From NCBI GenBank assembly GCA_973895155.1, contig OZ316898.1, positions 8,295,079 to 8,359,078 of the forward strand: 64,000 bases of DNA, in the 5' to 3' direction. Position numbers and translations under genes: made by a program. Below, piece after piece: positions 27,240 to 38,433 of this stretch (the first letter of the stretch is position 1; the number at the start of each line of letters is the position of its first letter). The notes under the pieces were generated by a model. It did no database searches, had not been told where the DNA came from, and saw nothing but the letters and a program-made list of their open reading frames with translations. This DNA comes from Marsupella aquatica. Its lineage: Eukaryota > Plantae > Marchantiophyta.

Positions 27240-27484
27240 CTATCAAGAAAGACAAGCGCGCAACATCGTTAATTATGAAAACACAATGGCATTTCCCAAG
27301 TGTGCAGAAACCATCGACAACCATTATGGAGCAATGACCAAAACTCCGAGGGCAATGCCGCTATCAGAGCACGTACGTCCAATCCGAAAGTCACTGGCAA
27401 AGGCCATGGTGGACTCCTTGCTCTGCGCTCCAGCAGTGGTTTCTACTCATGCTCGTGCGATGCGAAATGTAACGATTCCCCATT

Positions 27485-27551
27485 TTCAAACCTTGCCCGC
27501 CTAGTGCCAAAATCAATTTGCTTCAACTCACTTTCTGGCGCGAATTCCCGG
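27485..27551 (-). promoter_or_regulatory. Putative E2F double site plus CHR-like TTTGAA element upstream of RIF1
   Basis: GCGCGAATTCCCGG at 27538-27551 holds two overlapping WTTSSCSS matches (ATTCGCGC on minus, ATTCCCGG on plus). TTTGAA lies on the minus strand at 27485-27490. The position just 5' of a replication gene fits. Confidence 0.5.
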
Positions 27552-27765
27552 ATTGCCGCCATTCTCGCTCGTCCCCCTTTCCTTCCTTCCTGCCTTCCTT
27601 CTTTCTTTTGCTTTCCCTCCGTCTTTCTCTTGTCTTGTCTTGGCCCAACAAGAACTTACTGTGCCCAACAACTTACTACATTTACCTGAGTAAGTCTTTC
27701 TGTAACACAGCTCCATGGCGCCATATTATTCCTTGGTGCTAGAGTGGCGCCATATTATTGCCTTA

Positions 27766-30405
27766 CTAGCTCAATACCCGTGCGTTGCACAAAAGATGTC
27801 GTGATGGCCAAGATGTTGAGAACAAAAGATGTCGTGTCGGCCAAGAGGTTGTTGATAAGAAAGATGTCATGTCGCCCAAGATATCATTGAGAACAAAATA
27901 TGTCGTGTCGGCCAAGATGCCAGTGATAACAAAAGATGTTGTGTCGGCCAAGAGGTCGCTGAGAACAAAAGATGTCATGTCGGCCAAGAGGTCATTGAGA
28001 AGGAAGATGTCGTGTCGCCCGAGATGTTGTTGAAAACAAAAGATGTCATGTCAGCCAAGATGTCAATGAGAACAAAAGATGTCATGTCGGCCAAGAAGTT
28101 GTTGAGAACAAAAGATGTCGTGGAGAAAATACCCATGCGTTGCACAAAAATTGTCGTGAAGGAAAAAGGATGTTGTGTCCCCCAAGATGTTGTTAAGAAA
28201 AAAAGATGTCGTGTCACTCAAGATGTTATTAAGAAAAAAGATGTTGTGTCATCTACGATGTCATTAAGAAAAACAAATGTTGTGTCGCCCAAGATGTTAT
28301 TATTTAAGAAAAAAGATGTTGTGTCACCCAAGATGCCGTTAAGAAAAAAGATGTGGTGTTGCCCAAGATGTTCTTAAGAAAAAATGTTGTGTTGCCCAAG
28401 ATGTTGTGAAGAAACCTGTGGGTTGCACAAAAGATGTTGTTAAGAAAAAAGATATTGTGTCACCAAAGATGTTATTAAAGAAAAATAAATTGTGTCACCA
28501 AAGATGTTGTTATGTAAAAGATGTCGCAAAGTAAAAGATGGCATTAAAAAAGGTCCTGGAGTAAAAAGATGTTGTTCAGAAAAAAAGAAGTCGTGTCGCC
28601 AACGGTGTCATGAAGTAAAAAGATATTGTCAAGCAAAAACTGATGTCATTACGTGAAAGATATTGCCAAGTAAAAAGATGTAGGGGCGCCAAAGATGTTG
28701 TTATGTCAAAGACATTGTCAAGTTCAAAGAAATCGTGTTGCCAAAGGTGTTGTGAAGTAAAAACTACGTTATCAAGTAAAAGATGTCGTCAAGTAAAAAG
28801 TTGTTGTGACGCCAATAATGTCGTTATGTCCAAGGTCAATGTGGTCAAGTAAAAAGATGTTGTTACAATATCAAAGATGTCGTCAAATAAAACTATGTCT
28901 TGACTCCAAAGCTGTCGTCAAGTAAAACAATGTCGTTAGTCATAGATGTTGTGAAGTAAAACATGTTGTTGCATTAAATGTCGTTAAGGAAAAGATGTGC
29001 AGAAAATGTCAATAAATTTTATGTTCTTGCTCAAAAGCGGGCTCCTAGAATTAAGGCAAGCGATGGGGAATGCAAGTGCTGCTGTGGGCAGATTGAGTCA
29101 TTGCCGCACCTGTTTTTTTAGCTGTGGTTTTGATGCGTGGTGCTGGCAGCTATATCATGCGGTACTTGGGGACCTCCACTCGCCCTGTGATGCGGGGCTG
29201 ATGGCCATTGTAGACGACTCGTTGGGGAAGAGTTTGGTGCACTCTGTAAAGATTTATGTGCTGTACCAGATGTTGTGGCTACTGTGGACAGCTCGCAATG
29301 TGCATATGTTTCAACCTAGTGGCCATCATACATTTGATTTTGGACTGGTTCTCTCAAAGATGGCTGTGCACTTGTACACTGTCAGTCGTTGGCTTCAGGT
29401 TGGCAGGAAACACTCTTGGCTTACTCAAGCCTGGGAGTGGAGTGATGTAAATCGCAAGAAGTGGTTTAGGTCGGATCAGAGGCGATATGTCACAGGTATT
29501 GCTTGAGGATTCTTTGGTTATTGTGTATTGGTGCCCATTGTTGGGTCATGATAAGGCCCTGGTAGGTTTTTTGTGCCCTTGTGCGCCCAATTGTGCGTGG
29601 GGGGCTGTTGGGCATTGTCCCTTGTTTGTGCTCTGCCCGTTTTTGGTGTGCTGGTCTGTTTATCCCCCCTGTCCGTGGGGTTTCACGGTATTAAAATTTA
29701 TAAAAAATCCATTCCAAGTAAAAGATGTCATTAAGTAAAAGACATCATTGGGCAAAAGATGTCTAAGTAATAAAAGATATAGCTGGCAAAAGATGCCAAA
29801 GCATAATGAATGTCATTATACTAAAGATGTTATTAAGAAACATGTCATAGCACAAAATATATGACTGAGTAAAAGATTTTCTGATTAAAAAGATCTCACT
29901 GTCCAAAACATGTTATCTAGTAAAAGATGTCATGGGGCGAAAAATGAGTGACAACAACCACAAAGTATCACCAGTTAAGAATGATTTTTGTCTTCCTCTT
30001 TGTATTTTTCATTTTTTAATTCCTTGTAAACCTTTAACCCCCCCCCCTTCTTTTAGGCCTTTTGTACTATTTTTGGTTTGATGTTTTCTATTAAATTATG
30101 TAATAACCTCCTTGTATGACATAGATTATCATGGGGGTACTTGATATGGATGTCTAGGCATGGAGAGTACTATTTGTATGCATTGATGATTTCCTATGCA
30201 TGGATAGTACACGTAGATGGTCCATAAAGTACTTGATTATTGTGCATTGACATTCCCCTTTATTTCTTGTTTGGAAAACGTCACACTAAAATAATTCAAT
30301 TCTGGTTTATTCCTTCTCTTGGTTAGATTTTTTAATTTTTGTGCCCTGCAAATGTGAATGACGACCACTCTTAAAAGTGGCGCAACCGTGTATTATAGGA
30401 GTTAA
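27766..30405 (-). mobile_element. Non-autonomous Helitron, copy A (with ~36-bp internal tandem repeats, internal stacked 3' ends and a LINE fragment)
   Basis: Minus-strand 3' end TTTGTGCAACGCACGGGTATTGAGCTAG|T (hairpin, then CTAG). 5' end A|TTAACTCCTATAATAC at 30405. Body is AAAAGATGTCGTGTCGGCCAAGA-type repeats. Homologous to copies B and C. Confidence 0.75.
29040..29707 (+). mobile_element. 5'-truncated L1-type LINE 3' fragment (zf-RVT region) inside Helitron A
   Basis: DGECKCCCGQIESLPHLFF(SC) from 29062, with a frameshift in the T7 run at 29113-29119. It continues to WLLWTARNVHMF, a T/G-rich 3'UTR and an A-rich tail at ~29692-29707. Helitron repeats resume on both sides. Confidence 0.75.
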
Positions 30406-30584
30406 TTAGTGCTAGATACCTTTTCTCAACACAGCTCCATGGCGCCATATTATTGCCTTGGTGCTAGAGTCTGTTTCACAGCTCCATGGCGCCATATTAT
30501 TGCCTTAGTGCTAGAGTTGTTCCGCAACACATCTCCATGGGGCCATATTATTGAGGTGGTGCTAGAGTCTGTTCCACAGCTAAA

Positions 30585-30888
30585 GTAACTCCTATATTAA
30601 AGGGTTGTGCCCCTTTTTGAAGTGGTCTCGTCATTCAAAATTGCAGTGTCATAAAACGAACTAATTAATAAACATAAGGCACAGAACCAAAAGTCACAAC
30701 ATCTTTTTTCTCAACGACCTCTTGGCCAACACAACATTTTGGACGACATGACATCTTTTTTTCAACGACCTCTTGGCCGACACGACATCTTTCTTCTCAA
30801 CAACCTCTTGGCCAACATGATCTCTTTTGTTCTCAACGACATCTTGGCTGTCACGACATTTTTGTGCAACGCACGGGTATTGAGCTAG
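30585..30888 (+). mobile_element. Short non-autonomous Helitron, copy B (304 bp)
   Basis: Starts GTAACTCCTATATTAAAGGGTTG, an inverted match to the copy A 5' end. Ends GTGCAACGCACGGGTATTGAGCTAG|T. Inserted at an A|T junction of the satellite unit (cacagct-aaa|tggcgcc). Confidence 0.75.
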
Positions 30889-33015
30889 TGGCGCCATATT
30901 ATTGCCTTAGTGCTGAAGTCTTTTCCTCGACACAGCCCCATGGCACCATATTATTATTGCCTTAGTGCTAGAATCTTTTCCTCAACAGCGCTACATGGCG
31001 CCATATTATCGCCTTAGTGCTAGAGTCTTTTCCTCTACACGGCTCCATGGCGCCGTATTGACGCCTTTGTGCTAGTGTCTTTTCCTCAACACAGCTACAT
31101 GGCGCCATATTATTGCTCTAGTGCTATAGAGTCTTTTCTGCAACACAGCTCCATGGCGCCATATTATTGCCTTAGTGCTAGACTCTTTTCCTCAACAAAG
31201 CTCGATGTTGTACTTAATGTAGAACAGGTTTGGTGTTTGAGTTCATATTGGACCTGCAAATTTAATTTTCAAACGTAAGGCCATGACCTTGTGTTTGGCG
31301 AAAGACCTTTTTGCATGGCATTTTGCAAAAACAGCTTTCAATGACATTGTCACTAAAAATATTTCAATTGACAAGACTGGCGCTACTAGCTATCATTCAA
31401 TTTAAAAATATGTTTTTGTAGATGGTTATGTTTGTTATGTTGGTGAACTTGTCATCCATATACAAAAACCGTGACATATTTGATATACAATAAAAAAATG
31501 TTTGTATTGTCAATTGGAAGATCTTTAGTGGCAAAACAGTTAATATTTGTTTGCAAAAAAGTCAGAACAAGCTTATTGAAGGGGCGCACTTGGCTAGTTT
31601 AATTAATTAAAGTTTTCTTATTTTTAATGTAAATTGTGCTTTGGGGAGAAGAACCCCCAAAACAACTCTTTGTGACAGCAAGTAGAATTTTGAAAAATTT
31701 TCTTTCTGTTTATATGAATTTCACATTTGAAATTTCACAGTAAAGAACTAAAATTTCACATGTAAAAAGTTATACCTACACCAAAAAGTCAGTTTTATAT
31801 CAAATTACTCATAACATTCTTAAATTTGTATCACAGATTATTTCAAGGTTTTTTAAAATTTACCATTTTGCTTGAACCCCACAGATGGGGGGAATCAGCA
31901 GGCCCAAATCATTTCTCATTCTCAACTCTCATTAATTATCTAGGTTTATCAGAGGCCAAGATGGTACTATAGTAACTTTTGCTGCCAGTGGTTTTCAAAT
32001 TGGTGAAATATTGCCAAAAATCTTTCTTTCTCCAACTCTTGGCAAAATGATACAAAGAAAATTCAGAGGAACAAATATTAAAGAATGTTTGCTATAATCT
32101 GCCTTTAGTTGTGGTTGGATTTGGGAGATCTTTCAAGATCCGATGGTTGTCCTTAAGATCAGGAAAGTTCCAAGGCTCTCCATATTAATTTAAATAATAA
32201 ATATTTGATCCTGCCTTTGTATGCTTTTATTGCCTATCCCCCTTGTTGGTTTTTCTTTGCAATTGATGTAAAATGAACCCTATCACATTGTCCTACTCCT
32301 ATACTTCAATTCATTCACTCAATGAAAATACCAATTTCAATAATTTGTGGCTAATCCTAAATTCCAAAACAAACAAAAGTGGAATCTAATTAGTGGCTAA
32401 AGCTTAACTACACGTAAATTTGCAACTCAAATTTCTTTGCCCCTCCAGCCCCTCCATTTTCCCTCTCCCAGTCCCAACTCACTTTTCTTTCTAGATTCCC
32501 GTCAATCTTGTCATCTGGTAGGTTTGATGAGGGTCATCAAAGACTTTTGAAAAATCTACGTTTCTTAAAAAAAAAACAATTCTAAGTAGGTCCCCAACTA
32601 GGCAACAACCTAAGAAAATTTAGCCCAATCAAACTCAAGATGGCAAAATTATTGCAACATGTTATTTTGAGGCATCTTAGGATTTTGGCGTAGGTACCTA
32701 ATACCCTAAATGGCTTGAACCAAGTGGAAGCAAAAAAAGATGTAGTGGTAGCAGAAGAGATGCACTGCTAGCCAGGGGGTCGACTTCCAAAAATTGTAGG
32801 AACCATGTGAAATCCAAAATATGTCTTTTTGATGGAGATTAGCTAAATATTTAAAAGGCGTAGGTAGTAAAAGAGGATATTTTAAACTCAAATTTATAAA
32901 ATATTATATAATATACATTTTATAAAATAAAATGATAATTAATATTAAAAAATAAACATATTTTTAGAATTAATTTTTTTAAATATGAGTGTTTGCATTG
33001 GTTATGATCGCACGT

Positions 33016-34513
33016 TGTCGTGGGGATTCTCTTTAGAAGGCTAGAATCTATATTGTATTATTTGAGTTTATATGAAGAGGGTTTTACTTAAAAGCTTCAT
33101 AGTAGTACTATTAGAGCATATATGTTACGTTCTATATGTAGTGTGTATATTCTACAATGGTACACAGTAGTTCCACCATTTACGCATAATAGTTTTACAA
33201 ACTAGATGCATAATAATTCCACCAACTACGCATAGTAATTGCACCAATTACGCATAGTAGTTTTACCTACTATGCATAATAGTTGCACCAATTACGCATA
33301 GTAGTTTCACCAACTACGCATAGTAGCTGCACCAACTATGCATAGTAGTTGCACCAATTACGCATAGTAGTTCCACCAATTACGCGTAATAATTCCACCA
33401 ACTACGCACAGTAGTCCCACCAACTATGAATAGTACTAGCACACTTATAGGTGCTTGATGCTTGCCACTTGGCTTCCATCCAAGGGTCAAGGCATCGATC
33501 CATGCCCTCTTGGAAAACACAAAGGAGCACTATAAATAAAGTGAAGAGGAGCACACTCTCCTCATTCGCATTGTTTGATCTATCGTGTTGGACTCGCAAC
33601 ACTATAAGGAACTCTTCCCTTCTCGTGCACATGTCTTGTTTATTATTTACCTTCATGCTTGGGTACTAACTTGATTGTTAGCCTTAGAACTATTTTATGT
33701 TTTATGTTTATTAGTCTTGAGATCAATTTAGTGTGTTTGTAATGAATAATATGATAAATAGAGTACCTAGAGTTTATCCCCCACCTGTTGTGCCATTTGT
33801 CAATCCTTTCTTAATTAGAATTCATTGTCTTAGCAAGCATACCATGAGAATGCATCTTCTTTATCATTTTGGGTTTGAGTTAATGGAAACAGTTATGAAT
33901 AGCGATGCACCATTTGTATACCCGATTGTTGTTTATGGAAATGAATGGAATGTAACTATTTTTATTTTATATTAGATGGATTTTAATAGACAATCCGTAA
34001 ATGTACCGGAGTTAGATTTGAATAGGCTTCCTAATAATGTGTCTGATTTTCCTTCATCTATTGACATTAGAGTGGTATGCCGTAAAAAGGTTGATTGTAG
34101 AGATGTTTTAGTTAGAAAGTATGGAGATGAAAGATACAATGTTATGCTTAGGATGCCAGAGCCTGTGATTATATCATCTATGGTAAATCTTAAGATCATA
34201 GTCTTTGTTTTCTATAATTGACTTATCTAATTGTAGGATTCGTTGGAAATTGCAATCTATGACTTGACTTGGGAAGTAAGTTATGTGGAAAGAGGATAGG
34301 CCGATTCGAGGCTTAGTGTGAGGAAGCCGCTCATCGTAGAGTGGGACAAAGGCTGTGAGAGATATTTTAGAGGATACCGGTGAGAGAAATTGATCGACAA
34401 AGGGGATCGCAAGGGTAATGTGAGGTGAGAAAAGACGTCTTTTGGAAAGGTTTCTTCCAAGATAGGAAAAACAAGAGCTCGGTGCTTCCCAAGAACTAAA
34501 GATTCCCCCAACA
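33016..34513 (+). mobile_element. 1498-bp TGT...ACA insertion, most likely a solo LTR, with 4-bp ACGT target-site duplication
   Basis: Termini TGTCGTGGGGATTC / GATTCCCCCAACA. ACGT flanks both sides (33012-33015, 34514-34517). The empty site GATCGCACGTGGTACCCC is present in the sister element at 15155-15172. TATAAATA at ~33531 follows a tandem array. Confidence 0.8.
33161..33440. repeat. 22-bp minisatellite (CATAGTAGTTGCACCAATTACG) within the putative LTR
   Basis: About 12 degenerate tandem units are directly visible. Confidence 0.9.
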
Positions 34514-36814
34514 ACGTGGTACCCCAAAATATAAACTTAGTTGACCTCTCAAAATGCATTGGAAGTGAAATACTTTCTTGGCCAGAAGTGTCAAGCAACC
34601 ACTGCCACTGGATATTGTTAAGTTTGCTTGGTCATTGATCTAAAGACAATCCTGCAAGTTTTGGCTACCAAGATAAGTAAATTAAGAAGTGAAAGGATTA
34701 CGAGGTAGTAGCGATAGACAATGTGGAGAAATTTGAGAGAGAGTCATTTCCAGACGTAGGCCCTTCTGTAATTTCCAATGTAATTTTGCTGCTCAAGAGA
34801 GTATCACATAGTACTCCCATGGCGATGTGGTTTGTTTAGTCAGTGCTTTCCTTGAAGATTTACTTCAATACAAATCATTTAAAGGTTGTTCTTATAGTAC
34901 AAAATATATAGATGGAATCCTTGGATCACGACACTTGATTTGTCATGACAAGCAAACTCTGCACATAGCAATGAGTAGGGCAACGTGATGTGAGGGTGTC
35001 TGAAAGAAGATTTGAAAACTTTGATAGTATTAGAATTATGGACTCTTCAAAGATTTTGATAATATTCACTAGCAAGTTTGCTAGATATATCTGTCACAGC
35101 GGTCACACAAGAATAGAGAAAAGTTTACATGAATCAAAAGCTGCAAATAGCTTTGTTACAATAACAAATAAATTATCTTGTATCCTATGAAATAGCATAT
35201 GCAACATTGACCAGCTTTGATGTTTTCTACTACATTTATGAGATAGTGGGCATTAAAAAAGTGTATGATTCTTTGGAGAACTTAGATGGCATAGTCTGGG
35301 ATTCAAAAAAACCTCCTTTTATTGTAGCAATGCATTACATGTTGATCTTAGCAAAAGCAGATATGCGTAGGGATACAAATTCAAGGTGAAAGCCAATGAT
35401 GTCTATTTATCATGAGGCGACAATAAGTGGATCAGAATAAAGAACCATCATCTTTTGAAGAACATAAGAGGTCACCTGAAGATCGTCCCCAGGGAATGCA
35501 CCTCTGCAAAAATCAGCTTCTTGCTAACCCTTTAAAAGTTTAAAATAGGATATTTTGGCGAAGGATTTGCATATGGCCAAAATTCCCTATGCCACAAGAT
35601 GGAGTGGGACTTTTCTTGGAAAATTAGATAGTCATAAGATAGCCAATAAAGTTGTGCATTCAGGTTCCAGTCAAACAAAGGTTTTAGAACACAAAACAAT
35701 TGTCTACTATAAATTTCAAGATCTTTGAAGAAAATATATTTCCAAACTTGTAGGATGTAGAAGCAGAAGTAGTCGTAAGTGCCAGATGTAATGAAAAATG
35801 AGAGATTCTGAGAAAGATGCACGTAGTCTTGGTCCTCCGCCCAATGCTTCTAGATATGAATGAAATTGGAAAGTAAGGTGTTGCTGGAAGCGCATGACAC
35901 CACATTGACTTCAATTGCAGTACTATAAAGGAATATACACTTGAGTTTTGGTCATGACCTTTTTTTGTAGAAATATCATTTAATCTGTTTTTCTTTCTGT
36001 TTGTACTCCCAATAGATGTAACAAAACATTTGCTTTGCTCTTTATCTTTGTTAGCATGTACTGCCAAGCAGATTCAATAAGATATAGCAACAGACTTTGT
36101 ATTCTATCTCAAATGATACAGGATGTGAGGAGATTGACAGGATGTGAGGAGATTGACAGAGATGAAAATAGATTTCTAAACCAATGTGAAGTCATCACCA
36201 AGAATGAAGCCAAAGCCACCAGATCAAAGACTGGCTTAAATACAATGGAAAGTTAGAGCTAGGAGTCCATATCATATATAGTTTTGTGAGGAGGTGTAGA
36301 AACTTTAAAAGGAGTTTTTTCATTAAACAGCAGCGAGATGAACAATGGATTCCATTTATAGATTCAAGGTACAGGTAGAACCTCGACCAAGGAAGAAAAA
36401 AAACTGAGTGACCTTGCTACCTCCACACATACAATAGACATCCGCATGCTGAAAAATTACTAGTGACACCCACCCCACATACAGTTTGATAATAGATGAC
36501 CAAATTACAGGCTTTTGTTTAAAGAATTTGGAACCAACAATCATATTTGCTGTTTTGCAATAGAGCATGTTGTTTTGATGCATTCCAATTTTAACGTAAT
36601 GAAAAAGTATATGAAAAATATGCTATTTTTACTAAATTCAAATTGAATTTAAAAAAAAAGTCATTTGATATGAACTAATGGAAATGAGTACTTAAAGAAA
36701 AGTTTAAGGGGAGAATCAAAGAGCAACAGTCTCTAACTGTGTGTACTCATAAAGGAGGTACAGGGGCAGGGGTGAGGGCTAATAAGGGCAAAATATGATA
36801 TCAAAAAAACAATG

Positions 36815-36890
36815 ATACTAGTTTCATTGCATAGCACCTCTTGTCTAGGTTGGGGAGTCAGAGGTCAAGAGCTCGAACCTTATACACAAT
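36815..36890 (+). mobile_element. Possible tRNA-derived SINE head remnant
   Basis: A-box-like TAGTTTCATTGCATAGCAC and B-box-like GAGGTCAAGAGCTCGAACC, with no cloverleaf. Confidence 0.25.
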
Positions 36891-37020
36891 GAGACCTTTT
36901 TGACAAAAATGCAAGGGGACTAAATAATTATTTGAAACTGGGCTACAGAACACGTGTGCATAGGAAGAAATGTTATTGGTGTGGGGGGGGGGGGGGGGGG
37001 GTGGTTAAATTAATTTCAAA

Positions 37021-38108
37021 TTAGAAACTATAATAAAGGGTTGCCCCTTTTTTTAAAGTGGTCGTTGTTCAAACTTGAAGAGTCTTTTTGAGTGAAAGAA
37101 AAAGAAACTGGAAAAAGAAAAAGGAATAAGAAGCAAGTAATTATGTTTGGTGTGAACACCTTTTCCAAGCAATAAAAGTACAAAGTATTCCCTTTACCCT
37201 CCATGTTACACCATGCTCCTCCCTCTACCATCCATGCTAATCATGCATACAAAGTGCTCCTCCCTCTATCATCCATGCCATACTATGCTCCATGCATAGG
37301 AAGTGCTACATCATGAATGAGAGGAGTTTAATTACAAATATTACCTACTCAATAAAATAGTGCACAATCTAATAAAAAAGACAAGACAACAAAAATAGTG
37401 AAAAAGAAGGAAAACTAGGGGGGGGGGGCAGGGAGGGTATTAAGGTTTAAAAAGCTATAAATGACAAAAACAATTAAAAAATCATTCTCATTTTGTTGTA
37501 CTTTGGTGGTGGTTGTTGCCTCTCTTTTTGTCATGACGTCTTTCACTCATCAATTTTTTTAACGCAATGAGATCTTTCTAACAAAGACATCTTTTGCACC
37601 ACAATATTTTTTCAACTACATCTTCAGCACAACTTCATCTATTATGCATTGACGTCTTTCGCCGAACGATATCTTTTAGTAAACTACATCTTTCGAGCAA
37701 CTACAACACTATAAAAGCAATGACATATTAATGCAACAACATCTTTTGCACAACGGAGACTTGACAACATACATGACTAAGGACATCACTTTACTTATGG
37801 ACCATTTTGTACTTACCAACAACTTTTCTCTTAATGACATGTTGGGACATCACTTTACTTATGGACCATTTTGTACTTACCAACAACTTTTCTCTTAATG
37901 ACATGTTGGGCGTAGTGACATCTTTTGTCTCAACAACATCTTTGGCGACATGGCATCTTTTTTCTTAACAACATCTTGGATGACAAAACATCTTTTCTCT
38001 TAACGACATCTTGGGCGTCATGACATCTTTTCTCTTAACAACATCTTGGGCATCACGATTTTTTTTTTCTTCACGACATATTTGTGCAATGCCCGGGTAT
38101 TGAGCTCG
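37021..38108 (+). mobile_element. Non-autonomous Helitron, copy C (older, more diverged)
   Basis: 5' A|TTAGAAACTATAATAAAGGGTTGCCCC...AAAGTGGTCGT matches the A and B 5' ends. 37200-37520 is the reverse complement homolog of 29920-30210. The 3' end is TTTGTGCAATGCCCGGGTATTGAGCTCG|T. Confidence 0.7.
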
Positions 38109-38433
38109 TTGGAAATATAACAAACACGACAGCCTCATAGACTCACAAGTTACAATAATAACCAAAATATATTAGCTCAGGGGACTGAAAGAGAGATGCG
38201 CCATATAGCAGAATGATATTAATGTGACTGTGGTTTTCAGGAAGGTAAGTGGTGCTCTAGAATATATAATTGGCAAGAACACCTTTGGAGATTCAATGAA
38301 TATATAATTGGCAAGAACACCATTGGAGATTCAATGACGTTAGCACAACGCAGTGCGTATAAACATTACTAGCAAATGGTGGTTGACCATGTCAATCGAA
38401 ACGTACTGGGTTCCATGGTACCAGGTGAAATTT

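Larger units (their letters stand above)
27693..31197. repeat. ~55-bp satellite (CACAGCTCCATGGCGCCATATTATTGCCTTAGTGCTAGAGTCTTTTCCTCAA) split into three blocks by Helitron insertions
   Basis: Blocks at ~27693-27765, 30406-30584 and 30889-31197, about 10 units in total, all in the same orientation. Confidence 0.9.
32770..34560. mobile_element. Second copy of the 14.9-kb MITE-like element, interrupted by the TGT...ACA insertion
   Basis: 32797-33015 is colinear with 14941-15164. 34514-34545 (ACGTGGTACCCCAAAATATAAACTTAGTTGAC) is colinear with 15161-15192. Confidence 0.7.

Noticed and set aside
27766-28852. Repetitive ORFs (KDVMSAK / MTSFVL repeats)
   Set aside because: These are translation artefacts of the ~36-bp Helitron internal repeats.
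27745-30909. A single 3.1-kb foldback/TIR transposon with a perfect 21-bp TSD (TGGCGCCATATTATTGCCTTA at 27745-27765 and 30889-30909)
   Set aside because: The apparent TIRs are Helitron 3' ends of two head-to-head copies, each with its own 5' end (30405 and 30585). The apparent TSD is just the satellite unit, which also occurs between them.
27693-31197. CRISPR-like appearance of the palindromic ~55-bp repeats
   Set aside because: There are no unique spacers and no cas genes, and the context is eukaryotic. It is an ordinary tandem satellite.
34600-36260. Possible decayed transposase on the minus strand
   Set aside because: It has a coding-like texture, but I could not recognise any diagnostic motif across frames.
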